A model generated the notes under the pieces. The model saw only the letters and a program-made list of their open reading frames with translations, made no database searches and was not told the DNA's origin. From Klebsormidium nitens (taxonomy: Eukaryota; Plantae; Klebsormidiophyceae), in assembly GCA_000708835.1 (NCBI GenBank), contig DF237160.1, forward strand, positions 30,406-94,405: a stretch of 64,000 nucleotides of DNA. The letters run 5' to 3'. The position numbers and the translations under genes are program-made. Below, in pieces: positions 46,976-57,615 of this stretch. Positions within the stretch are counted from its first letter, which is position 1. Every line of letters starts with the position of its first letter.

Positions 46976-48148
46976 ATGGAAGTTGGAATGGGTGGCAATG
47001 AAAGCGAGGAGCATGCGTCTGCCGCCAAGGCTGCGACAAAAAGGGAGGCCGCAACAGCTGGAGCGGAGGCCCTCTGGATTTTTGCGAGCGCGCTTGGCGC
47101 GGCCGTGGCGGTAGACAACGCGCGCGCAGAGAAGGCAGAGGCGGCCGCGCGCGACGCAACGGCGGCCGCCGACGCTGCAACAGCGGTCGCGCTCTCGGAG
47201 AACGACGAACTGAACGTGCGGGTTGCTGCGCTGCGCGTTGAAGTTTCAAAGGCGCAAGCGGACACGACAGCGAAGCGGCGAGAGACCGTTGTACTTGAGA
47301 GGAGATTGGAGGAACTGCAAAAGGCTATGGAAGAGAAGGAGAATGAGAGCGAGGTGACAATCGCCGCCTTTCAGATCACTTTGAGGGACACGCGCGAAAC
47401 GAGAGCGCGGTGCGCAAAGGAGCGCGAGCGCTTTCATTACGTGCTCGCGTGCAACGGGCAAACGGGTTCCGTTCCGTTCAGCTTCCTCGAGTCTGATCGG
47501 GATTCTCTCCTGTACAAGATGTACGGCGGAAACTGGGACTACGCGCGCGATGAAAAGGGGCGCGCGCTGGTCACGTGCCACCCCGAGCGGTGGGCTGCCG
47601 TTCTCGAGCACCTGGCGACGGGAGCAGTTCCGGCGGAATGGGATCCGCTGCTGCTGGCGCAAGCGCGGTACTGGAACCTTCAGCGATTGGTCAGAGGCCT
47701 TGAGGCTTTGATTCCGGGAGTAACCGTCACAAAAACTCGAGATTGCAAGGGGTTCAAAGCGCGATGCACATTCGTAGCGGTGACAAAGGGCTGGAGAAGC
47801 GGTCAACCCAATCAGCAGTTGCGTTTCTCAGGTCCTCAAGATCGATGGTGGGCGGTCGAAGTAACTAGTACGGGCATCAATGTATGGTCGGTGGTCGTTC
47901 CAAGCAGCGCACCAAAAGCGGAGGATATCAAGTCGATCCGGGTCCTCTTGACGTTGCGAGTCCTCTTGCGTGATCAAGAGATTGTACAGGAGGGGCGAAC
48001 GCCCGTCTTGTTTCCTGCTGGACAGGAGGCGTCCATAAGTTATGGCTGGGTGTGCTGGGGTTACGACATTCACGAGCTGGTCAGCGAGCCCTTGGCTCGA
48101 GCGCCGCACAGCCTCGTAGTGGAAGTCGAAGCTCGTTATGAAGACTGA
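46976..48148 (+). CDS. Intronless coiled-coil + BTB/POZ (KCTD/T1-type) protein with a C-terminal MATH/TRAF-like beta domain, 390 aa
   Basis: Single ORF. Ala/Glu-rich heptad region, then a BTB-like segment (DSLLYKMY...RDEKGRALVTCHPERWAAVLEHLATGAVP...LLAQARYWNLQRL), then a beta-rich tail (RWWAVEV...YGWVCWG...SLVVEVEA). The MATH-like assignment is by eye only. Confidence 0.75.
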   Translation: MEVGMGGNESEEHASAAKAATKREAATAGAEALWIFASALGAAVAVDNARAEKAEAAARDATAAADAATAVALSENDELNVRVAALRVEVSKAQADTTAKRRETVVLERRLEELQKAMEEKENESEVTIAAFQITLRDTRETRARCAKERERFHYVLACNGQTGSVPFSFLESDRDSLLYKMYGGNWDYARDEKGRALVTCHPERWAAVLEHLATGAVPAEWDPLLLAQARYWNLQRLVRGLEALIPGVTVTKTRDCKGFKARCTFVAVTKGWRSGQPNQQLRFSGPQDRWWAVEVTSTGINVWSVVVPSSAPKAEDIKSIRVLLTLRVLLRDQEIVQEGRTPVLFPAGQEASISYGWVCWGYDIHELVSEPLARAPHSLVVEVEARYED

Positions 48149-49327
48149 GCTTAGAGCGACTAGGTTAAAATTTACTGCAACTAACTTTCCCTGTTGGTTC
48201 ATGATAGACGATAATTTCGAATGAACCTGCCCTCCAATATCTTGAGCCTTGAAAAGTTGCTTCAATGCTTGCAAGTCAACTGTGACCCTGCGCCGACGCA
48301 ACTTAGCTTCGGAAGCCGACATGCGGATGGATGTCATGTGCTCCTTACCGGCGTTAACCGCAACTTGCAGTCCGTATTCGTATTATAAAACAAAACAATA
48401 TCTGGTCATGCACATGCGTCAAATTTTGGAAGATGAGGAAACGTAGGCACCAAGTACACCGCAGATGCCTTCAGGGTCCCGCGTCGAAGGTAGCCAAAAG
48501 AAACTCCGAATCTGAGACGACTGAAAGCAAATGGTTAAGCTGAGTGATGAAGGTTGAAGAGGCCGCTTTACAAGCTCTATCATGTATCATACGTCGTGTC
48601 AACCACCGTTGCACACTCGCCGCTTCGCCTCAAGTTTTTTGGATTCTGGTCTCTTCCAAATCTGCCGGTCTTACCGCTTTCCTCTCAAAGATTAGGCTGT
48701 GAATACGCAAGAAAAATCTCTCCTCGCTCCCCGCACACCTCCAGAGAGGCTTGTTGGGCTTGAGCCGGTTGAGCGCATCCTGGCTGCGCGGCCGGCACTC
48801 TGGGCGCGGGCGCGGCCGCGAAGTTCAGACGCGGCCCGTGAGCGCGGCCGCGCTTCCGGGGTCCGCTCGGGTCCGACACGTCAGCTCACTTTGCAGCGCG
48901 TGATGGGATCGTTCACGGGCGTGTGCATGCAAAAAACAAATATAGCAACAGCAAGACACTACGCCTCTGACAGCCTATCCCTCGAATCACATGCTGTCAA
49001 ATCAAATCAGAGATTACCACTTTCATCTGCGCAATCATTGTTGAAGCTACATTCCATGTATGTAGGCAGTGCATCGTACGAGAATAAGCATGCATTCGGC
49101 CGTTCGTCACTTGTCGTCGAAGGGTAATCTTTTCTTTAGCGGTGCAAAACGCTTCGACAGTATTCTAGGATGAAGCACCTAGCGCCTCAGCCACCGAGCG
49201 TGCTGGCTACGCCATGTCGACACATGATGACCTGCAGACCTTCGCTGTTGAAGTGACGGCTCGAGGATAAAGAGACTTGTAGGTAACACTTCGGCGACTC
49301 GAAAAACTCAGGCGCAAAACGACAGAG

Positions 49328-49855
49328 ATGGCCGCCAGCGGCGCCCCGGAAGCAGGGACGGCGCTTTTTTGCGAGCAGCCCTGGTCGGAAAGCCCAGCAA
49401 AAACCTTCAGATTGGCTGGTCACGACAAGCAGGTCACCTTGACTTTTTACTCCTCTCAGCACTGTGGCTTGATCGAGTCCCATCAGGCCTTTCATTGCGT
49501 CATTCATCTCACACGTTCCCTTGTCCTATACGTATCTACGCTCGGCCGCTCGCATGGCGGTGAGCTGATCGTTCAGTTCCTGACTGCGCAAGGGCAGCCT
49601 TGCACCTGGAAAGACTGGTTGGAGGCGCAGTCGGCAAAGCAACACGTGGCAGCTTCATACGTAGTGAGGAGGGAACAATCTGTCATTGCTCGCGATATGA
49701 AGATAACTTTCTCAACCTACGGGCGGAGCGCCCACGTCGGAGATGCGAAGCTGCTGGACGCGACGTCAGATGCAGACACAAGTTCTTGGGTCGAAAGCCT
49801 GGTGGGCGGATGTCGACAATGCTCAAAGGGGTGGTCGTCCATCCAGACGTCCTGA
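49328..49855 (+). CDS. Hypothetical intronless ORF of 175 aa (possibly a frameshifted remnant extending to 49911)
   Basis: Open frame with mixed globular-like composition, downstream of a GC-rich promoter-like patch at 48780-48880. No recognisable family. Confidence 0.3.
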   Translation: MAASGAPEAGTALFCEQPWSESPAKTFRLAGHDKQVTLTFYSSQHCGLIESHQAFHCVIHLTRSLVLYVSTLGRSHGGELIVQFLTAQGQPCTWKDWLEAQSAKQHVAASYVVRREQSVIARDMKITFSTYGRSAHVGDAKLLDATSDADTSSWVESLVGGCRQCSKGWSSIQTS

Positions 49856-51153
49856 GGCAGTACGTCCTTTTGAGAGCCCAAATTGAAAGTATTTGGCGAA
49901 AATACAGATAGGAGAGGAAGTAAACTTGTGTACGCTTTGAACATCTACACATGACATTAAGCTTGATTTGAGCGGGCAACATACATGTACGAAAGCTTCT
50001 TCAGTGGCTCTACATTCAATTAGCTCTTGTGAATGTGTACATGAGTTGCGCCAAAGCCTCTTACTGCGAAGTCAGGGTCACCTGTGAGACATGTGTTTAA
50101 GAAGCAGGTGTGTAGCTAGCTAGCTAGCGGGAAGGATCCGGATCTTGCTGTCCAAAATATATTTGTTTTCAATGATCGACTAAAGAAAAGATGTGCGCTT
50201 CCATTGATGCAGCATGATGGTGCCAGCATGTGGGCGGCCAGTTCGATAATCAGCACAGTTTGTCTTCATTCGTACAGGATCAATTGATTGCCTAGCTCAG
50301 CCTCAATTGTCAGTGTCGTTACGCCCGAGTCAATGCAATGAGGGCTTCATCGCGCTACAAAGACGCCTGCGTTGACTCACAAGCGCATCGGCGGCAGGTA
50401 AAGCTCTACAAAGACGGCCTGCCTTGTCTCACAATCGCATCGCAGTAGAATCTGTTTGCGAGAGAGCTGATGCAGTGTCATTTCGTCATGCGGGCCTGCG
50501 CCTACTGATTGCGGTTCAAACTCGAAAACATCACGCACGTCAGCTAGCTGGCAATTATTAGATTTCGCGATGGTAAGTGACCGGACGCGCGACGTACCCT
50601 GTGGATCCGTTTCGAAAATGAGCTAGCGAAGTGGACATCCATGTGACGTTTGCCGCGCAGCTATAGTATGATATCATAGCACGTATGACTTGCTCATGTT
50701 ACGAAATTGGCCACAGGCTCGAGCTAAACAGTAGCGCTGAGCCCGGATCACAGTACTACGTGCCTGGCATGGGTCACGGCCGGGCCGCCCTGGCACTAAA
50801 ATTGCATTGTTAAAGCACGAGTGTGTGTGGCATGAAGTCGTTCTTAGCATGCAAAAGCTCAATAGCTGCGCGCCACTTAAGTAGGCAAGAATGGAGCATT
50901 TGTCAGTGACGAAGTGGCGCGGCCTTGCGAGTTCAAGTTGACGTAAGCCCGAAACCGCATTAATTCCACTGACATACGATGCGTCCGGCCTGATTTTGCA
51001 GAACGTCATGACGGACAAATTCGATGATTACCAGTCCGATGATCCTCGAGTCGCTGCATTTGATACTGATGATCTGATGGTTACGCGGAACATCTGATTC
51101 ATTCGACACAAGTTAGATGCCATGGAGCCAAATGCAACCATTCAAGGCAATAT

Positions 51154-54100
51154 TCACGCCGGCAAACCCCTCGGAATTGCCAATGCTAACGGCGCCTCGT
51201 CTACCACGTCACCTGCTCGCGTTCGTTTATTTCCAAACAATGACCCCCAGGATACCATGCTCGCCCGCACCTTTTCGTACAGCGCGAGCGTTTGCATCAG
51301 CAGCACCCTTACCTCAACCCGCACCTTATCTATCGCCCCCCTCGCTAACGACCCTATACCTGGGTTCTGCTCGTATCGAATTTGCGACAGGGCACGGGTG
51401 CACTCGCGCGCCGTGGTCACAAATGAGTTAACCGGGGTGCCCAATGCGAGGTCCACGGACCGCAAGCAGTCGTTCGTTTTCAGGAGGAGCAGCACTACTC
51501 TCGGCAGGCGTGCCAGCAGAGCGGTGGTCTCCTTCATGAACTGGGCGGCATACCCCTGCGAGCAGAGCAAAGATAAGAGGACGTGCAGAGATTCGAGCGA
51601 AGATCGTTTGTATCTTGGCGAGTCTGGCAAATCCCGAATGTAGAGATTGACGACCGTGAAAAGCTGGTAAGCGCGGCCCGAGGTTCTACTTTATAACCTT
51701 GGCGAACTTAGAACAAGCTCACAGTGGAATAGACAATTCTACGATGATCCGCAGAAATGCAAGCACGCTGGAATGAAGTTAACGGTTACGCTCGAATCAC
51801 ATAATTTGATGTTGACGGCCCTACTCCAGCCTTGCCAATATTCCACAATATGAGAAGCCTTCCTGTGATCACTCCGACCACTCAGCGACCTCACGGACGT
51901 ACCTGCAACTTGAGGCGCTCCTCCGGGTCATCTGGCATAACCAGGTGGTCTAACCGCTGGTTGGTGACCTGGTCCCAGGGGCGCATCGTGAGCACGCTCG
52001 CGAAGAGAATGTACATGTCCTCACCGGCGATGGCCGTGCTGTACCGCCGAATTCCGGTCTCCTCTCCAAGCACAAGAGCCTGCACAGCGGAATCACGTAA
52101 TGAGTCTGTCGGCCAATGCGGTTAGGGTGTGGCAAAATAGCGGACCCTCAGAAACGGTGTCCCTCTTCAAGTTCGTCAAGGTGACGTCACCAAGGATGCT
52201 ACTGCTCAACGATGTCTAAGGTCTACGTGGTTTATCTACAGCGGATCAACTGCAAGCACACAGCATGAGGGGGACACCACTAGCCTTGACCAAAAACGTC
52301 TCCTGGTTTTTAGAACCCAAAATTGATGGGTCAAAGCCCTGTTACGAAAGTTGACGCAAGAAACTTGTGCTACCACGATAACGGAAGGGAAGTAACAAAA
52401 GGTTCGTCTACGCGTCTGGAAATTCGGGCCATCCTGGCCGACGGACGAAGACCAATCACATTGTGCCAAGATGCTTCGGCAATTGAGCTTACAGAATCCT
52501 CAACTCCTAACGTTCCAAGTGTCTCCGCTGTGCTTGAAAAACTTTCTAAAGACAGGCGGAGCACTGAACCAAGTCGTAACCCACCTTCCAAAGCGCCGCA
52601 TAATTTGACCTCAAGTTGTTGTCGAGACTCCGGTACAGACCGTGATCCAGCAGCACCAACTGAGGTCTCGCCTTGCCTGCAAATGGAGCGGAACATTAGA
52701 GCGCATGAATCCGTCAAAGTCCTCGGTTGCGCGGAAAGAACTTGAGTTGCACTAGGGCCATTCTTAAGTTAGGCGGCTTCGGTTCCTTCCCAGGACTCTA
52801 AGTCAGCGTTGAAGCAATTCTGTAGGGTGTAGATAATTCAAAAAAATTCGGTCGCACAGATACGTAATGTTTTGCAACGGAGCTCTTCCCAAGTTGGGCG
52901 CCCTTCAGTCACTTCCAGGAACTTGTGGAAGAGAAACGGCCTATTTGCTCAATCGCGCACCATCAATCCACCAAAAGACAAGGCTCTGAATCAAAATTTT
53001 ATTGAATCACCCTACCAAGGTGAGAATGTTGAAAGTCGCTTGCCTGCACCTGCTTAAATGCTCAAGGGATATTATGGTAAACTTCGGGGCAGCTTACCGA
53101 GCCGCCTGGACCCATTCTGATCCGCGGTTGTCACGAGCATGTTCCCTCCGTGTGGGTCGCAGTGGATGAAGCCGTGGTGGAAGATCATTGCGGCGAAAAC
53201 GTCACTGACCTGCGGAGGAGCGAAAGCCCAAACAGAGATAAGCTGACACGTGGCTGATGCGTTCAGATACAAGTCGACTCGTGGCATACTTATGGATACC
53301 TTGCCCATGATCAATAAGTGATGCTCGCTGTTCTGTCGTGTTAAAGAAGTGAAAAGAGGGACCCGTCTCAAAACTGGAGTCCCTTGACATTCGACCGTGC
53401 CTTTGGCTCAAGTTTCAAACAGCCTCCCAACGCAACTTTGTGACGCTCCGTGTCGGGTCAACGTCCAAAGCAGTGTCTGGAAACATTCTTCAAAGAGAGT
53501 GCTGCTACAAAGGAACCTCGGACATCTCACCAGATGTGCCACGTCCGCCGTCCGAATCCCCAGCTCCTTCTGCTTTGCCACGTCCGTCACCCCGACCCCG
53601 TCCATGAACTCCATGGTCAATACTTTGGTCGAGGTCAGGCTCCAGTCGATCTCCGGGATCTTGACGTACGGCGCGAGGTGCGGGGACTTGCTTTTGAAGT
53701 TGCGTGCGCACGCCTCTGCGTTCTGGCCCTCGTGGACGAAGTCGAGCTCGCGGGGGAGGGACTCTTGGAGCTCCGCGACTAACCAGCTGCGGTTAGGGTT
53801 CAGAAAAGTTGGTTAGCTTCGGGATCGGAAATTAGCTTCGAAAGAGCGCGCACACGCCTCCGCGTTTTGGCCCTCGTGAATAGAGTCGAGGTAGCGGGGG
53901 AGACTCCTGGAGCTCTGCAACTAACCAGCTGCGGTTGGGCTTCAAAAAAGTTGGTTACGAAAAAGTTGTGTGAGAACTTTGTTTGGAACACGTGGTTATG
54001 TAGCAACTTCGCGTCTCAGCAACTGCGCTCAAGACACCAGACCTTGTCAATCGAAACAATCGTCAAACCTGACAGGTCCTTTGTAGAACCTATCCGTTTT

Positions 54101-57007
54101 CAAGTCTACACCGACGAGCAACACCAAGCCCGATCGACTAACGTAGGCTAGATGGCTTCGTCTAGAATGTAATAAAGACAAGACTCGAGATTTTGACATT
54201 CTTACCTGTAGTCGTAATCTGGGAAGGCCCACTTGACAGCCCTCACAAAGAATGCGACGGTCGCAGTGTCCGCTGACGCTGTGTCCGTTAAATGGGTGTG
54301 CTGGATCTGCAGAAACGTTCCACGTGTCTAACGTGAGTGAGCCGCGGAAATGGATATGCAGCCTGCGCTGCCAGGAACAAGATGCACGAAGAGGTGCGAA
54401 ATGCTCCCAGTCGAAAAACATTACATGAGGTACGTGCCTCTCCATTTTCTACCTTCAATCTCGACACAGCAGATGGCCGCTTTAAAGTCATCAGATATGA
54501 GGGTTGGAATCCGATGGACCACAACGATACAACACGTCCAACATTTGAAAATGTCTTCCAGCAAGCCAAAAGCTAGGGCGGTTTACTGGTGCTTTTAACT
54601 GCCTGTCGACGTCGGGGTGTTTAGTTGCCAGCGTATACAAGCAAACCTCGCATTTCAACGCAATGATCAATCTCTTGTGACTTCATTCTGCATTCTGCTC
54701 ACCTTTACAGCCACCTGTCGGCCATCGTGCGTCTTAGCCTTGTGGACCTGTGCTAAAGAAGCGCTGGCGAGAGGGACGGGGGCAAACTCCGCAAACGCCT
54801 GCACGAAAGGAAGCGCTTAAGTGAAAAGATGAGCGGAACAGGCATCCAATCAAGCGAAGTAGCTGTTGTCTTAGGGAAACCAGACGCGGAGGACACGATT
54901 CATACACCCTACAAGCAGCAACCACTTCGAGGGGACTTTCTCGAATTGAATCGATGGAACTCTTTTTGATGGGAGAGAACAGATCAACCGACTGCTGCAT
55001 CATGCCAAGATCGAATACCGGATTCGCATGGAGCAGGCCCACATTATATGGAGCTTTTCGGAAGCGATTCCTATGTAGGCACCTAGTGCAAAGAAGGGTC
55101 AGAGTCTTGAGAACCCAGACTCTCTCACTCAAGCGTGAAAACGCAGCCTACCTGCTCTGGAGGCAACCCAAGCTCTCGCTCTATTACCGCGCTGATCTGC
55201 TCGTACGTAGACACAGGGCACTTGTCGAGCATCGACTCTCGCATGATGCGGACATACTCTTCCGGAAGCAAGTAGTCCTGCAGAATCGAAACGACCCTAT
55301 TTGTCGCTTGAGAGCATAAGTGTCCTCATGCTGATTGACGACTCAACGGCCCCAACCTTCGCTGTTCAAAGTAATCAAGCTAGTCAAAGTACCTGCGACT
55401 TACAGATACAAGTTCCTCACTATGGGGGGCAGATTGCGGAATTGCAGATCGAAGTACCGGTAGGTACATGGCCAGACTCCTTTTCTTACACATTTCTTGA
55501 AGGAAGACGGGATATCAATGATAAACACTTGTACTTTTTTAACAATCATGAATATTCAGAGCATCCTGCAAAGAGCCTACACCAGACACATCACCAGACT
55601 CTCTAAGCATGACTGGAGATCACGACCTGTGGCCGTCAAAACTTTGCCACCCTGTTACTTCTCTGTCTTGCTCAGATCTGACGTGCTTCCAGAACAGATC
55701 TCTTGTCTTTGGTATCTCGTCTTTAGTATCAGGAAAGTCCTGTTCTTTTGAAAGAGCAATATATAAGCCCTGGCGATGGGGGCTTGACAGATTGCTTACC
55801 AGTTGGCCAACGTGTTGTCCAAGTTTGATATAGGTACCACCGTTCTTGAAGAAGAGCTTTTGAAGGCGGTCTGCACAGCGCTCGTGGCACTCGTGCTTGA
55901 TTCTTTCCCTGGCTGGCCCCTCGGGTACGTTGTACAAGGACACCAGGTAATCTGACAGCGAAATGACGATGCGTCAAAACTTATTGCGTCCATGTGCATG
56001 AGGTTGGGAGGCAATCAAAGCAGAGAAATTGGGAGGCAACACTAAGCAGACAGCCCTTGAGCATTGAAGGGAAGAGAAAGGAGAATATGCCTGTTTGGCA
56101 GGTTTCACAGATACCAGAGTACAGGGTACAGGGTACAGGGTACAGGGGGGTAGAATTCACCCCCTCGTCCCGAATGTTCGTGTGAAGCACCAATTCTCGA
56201 GATTCTGGCAGCAACCATACCCCAAAGTCCCAAATCAGCAACTTCTGGTAGGCAGACATCTGACTTTGGTGTAAAAGGGGATCAGAAGATAGACGCCAAA
56301 GAATCATTTTAAGCCAGGAGTGGAGAATCGCAGGTCTCACCTGTAACAATAGTGGAGACCACCGCTATGTTCCTAGCCAGCCTGGTCGGAACCACATACA
56401 GCATCTTGAAGCGCCTCTCAACCTGCTCCACATCGTTTCCTGCTACCGCCCAGAGCAAGCCCCCGACAGCCGAGACGCCGATCAATACTCCTAAACGCCG
56501 CACGTTTCGTCCCCTCGTTGGCCGAGCTAGTGAAGTCACGGGAGTGACCTGTGTAACCAAGCCCCTGTATTGTTGCCTTGTGCCAGGACCTGATTTGAAA
56601 GCGCTGCTTTTGAAAGACTGCAGATGCCATGGTTGAGCTACCCCCCGTGATAGGTTAGTGACCCTCTCGATCGGAGCTGATACTATTGGTGAGAACTGCG
56701 TTGTTGCCCTCCTCTTAAGCGCTGAGCTGAAGAGACCCCGAAAAAGTTGCACCACCTCAGGACTGGCTGGACCGACCCATCTGCTTTTTGCGGAAGTCTG
56801 TCCCGCCCCTGCGTGTGCTGAGATGTCCAACCGTTTAACCACCGCTGCGATCTGCTTGCCGCCACTTCCATTTGAAAGAGAAGAAAACGGGTTTGCATGC
56901 AGCAAGGTCCTAAAAGATTGGCTGGCTTCACCTGCCGCGACAGCATTCCACCTGTGATTGGCTTGGAGGGCCAGGGCGCGATTGAGCGCACCACCGAGCA
57001 GATGCAT
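51154..57007 (-). CDS. ADCK1: ABC1/aarF-domain atypical kinase, ADCK1-like, with a mitochondrial-presequence-like N-terminus; 10 exons, 726 aa
   Basis: Exons 57007-56341, 55951-55800, 55277-55152, 54798-54703, 54306-54206, 53786-53531, 53209-53098, 52676-52585, 52079-51903, 51555-51154 total 2181 nt. Motifs: KNGGTYIKLGQH, ASASLAQVHKA...VAVK, ELDFVHEG.N, LTMEFMDG, FIHCDPHGGNMLV, LVLLDHGLY, LLLLLKTNDCLR. Confidence 0.93.
53840..53940 (-). repeat. Intronic degenerate duplicate of the 5' ~90 nt of ADCK1 exon 6, with acceptor
   Basis: 53840-53938 aligns with 53697-53798. The copy's acceptor (exon-like start 53928) lies 142 nt upstream of the real one (53786). The copy is frameshifted. Confidence 0.9.
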
Positions 57008-57615
57008 GATCGCCAGACGGATCTCTGCCCCTACTGCTCTGAGGTCACTGGCGCTTTCCCAACGCTGGTGCGCAAGTCATGGTGGATGAAAGGATCACGC
57101 CTTTGCTTTGAAGTTTTGTTGACAGCATTGCCATCTGTGCATGCATTGATACAGCATTGGCGCAGCTGGAGCTGATCAAGACGTCGGATTTCTAGAAGAG
57201 TAAGTAAAATGCGCTTATGATGACCGGAATGGTCAATTTTGAGTAAAGCGGAGTCCTAGTGCCTGACCGTATACCGTACCTGATCTGTCGTATACGAACT
57301 TCTGCAAGTGCCTAGGATGAGCTCATATGAGTTGCTTCTCTGCAGCCCTTTTTACGATTTGCTGCTCGAAGCCTCTTTCAGGAAGGTGGCTCATTTCAGC
57401 TCAGCTCACACAGAACAGTGGAACACTTTCGAGAGTTGCTTAGCTGGAAAGCCAAGGGAAGCACCTGGGAGCTGGCACGAATTGCACAGCGGGCTTCAGG
57501 CGCTTTGATGATCGACAGGTGGTGGTGCTTCTCTGAGCTGCATTTGGCGGTCCTTCCATCTGCATCTGGGAAGGAAAGCGGCTAAGGGATACGTGGGGGC
57601 ATCCGTAAGCACACA
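57008..57615. promoter_or_regulatory. Probable bidirectional promoter between ADCK1 and the RecQ helicase
   Basis: Head-to-head start codons about 608 bp apart. Confidence 0.55.

Noticed and set aside
46882-48337. Antisense ORFs (46882-47265, 47246-47806, 47828-48337) over the BTB gene
   Set aside because: Antisense shadows of a GC-rich coding region.
56119-56146. (GTACAGG)4 minisatellite in ADCK1 intron 1
   Set aside because: Ordinary short slippage repeat with no further structure.
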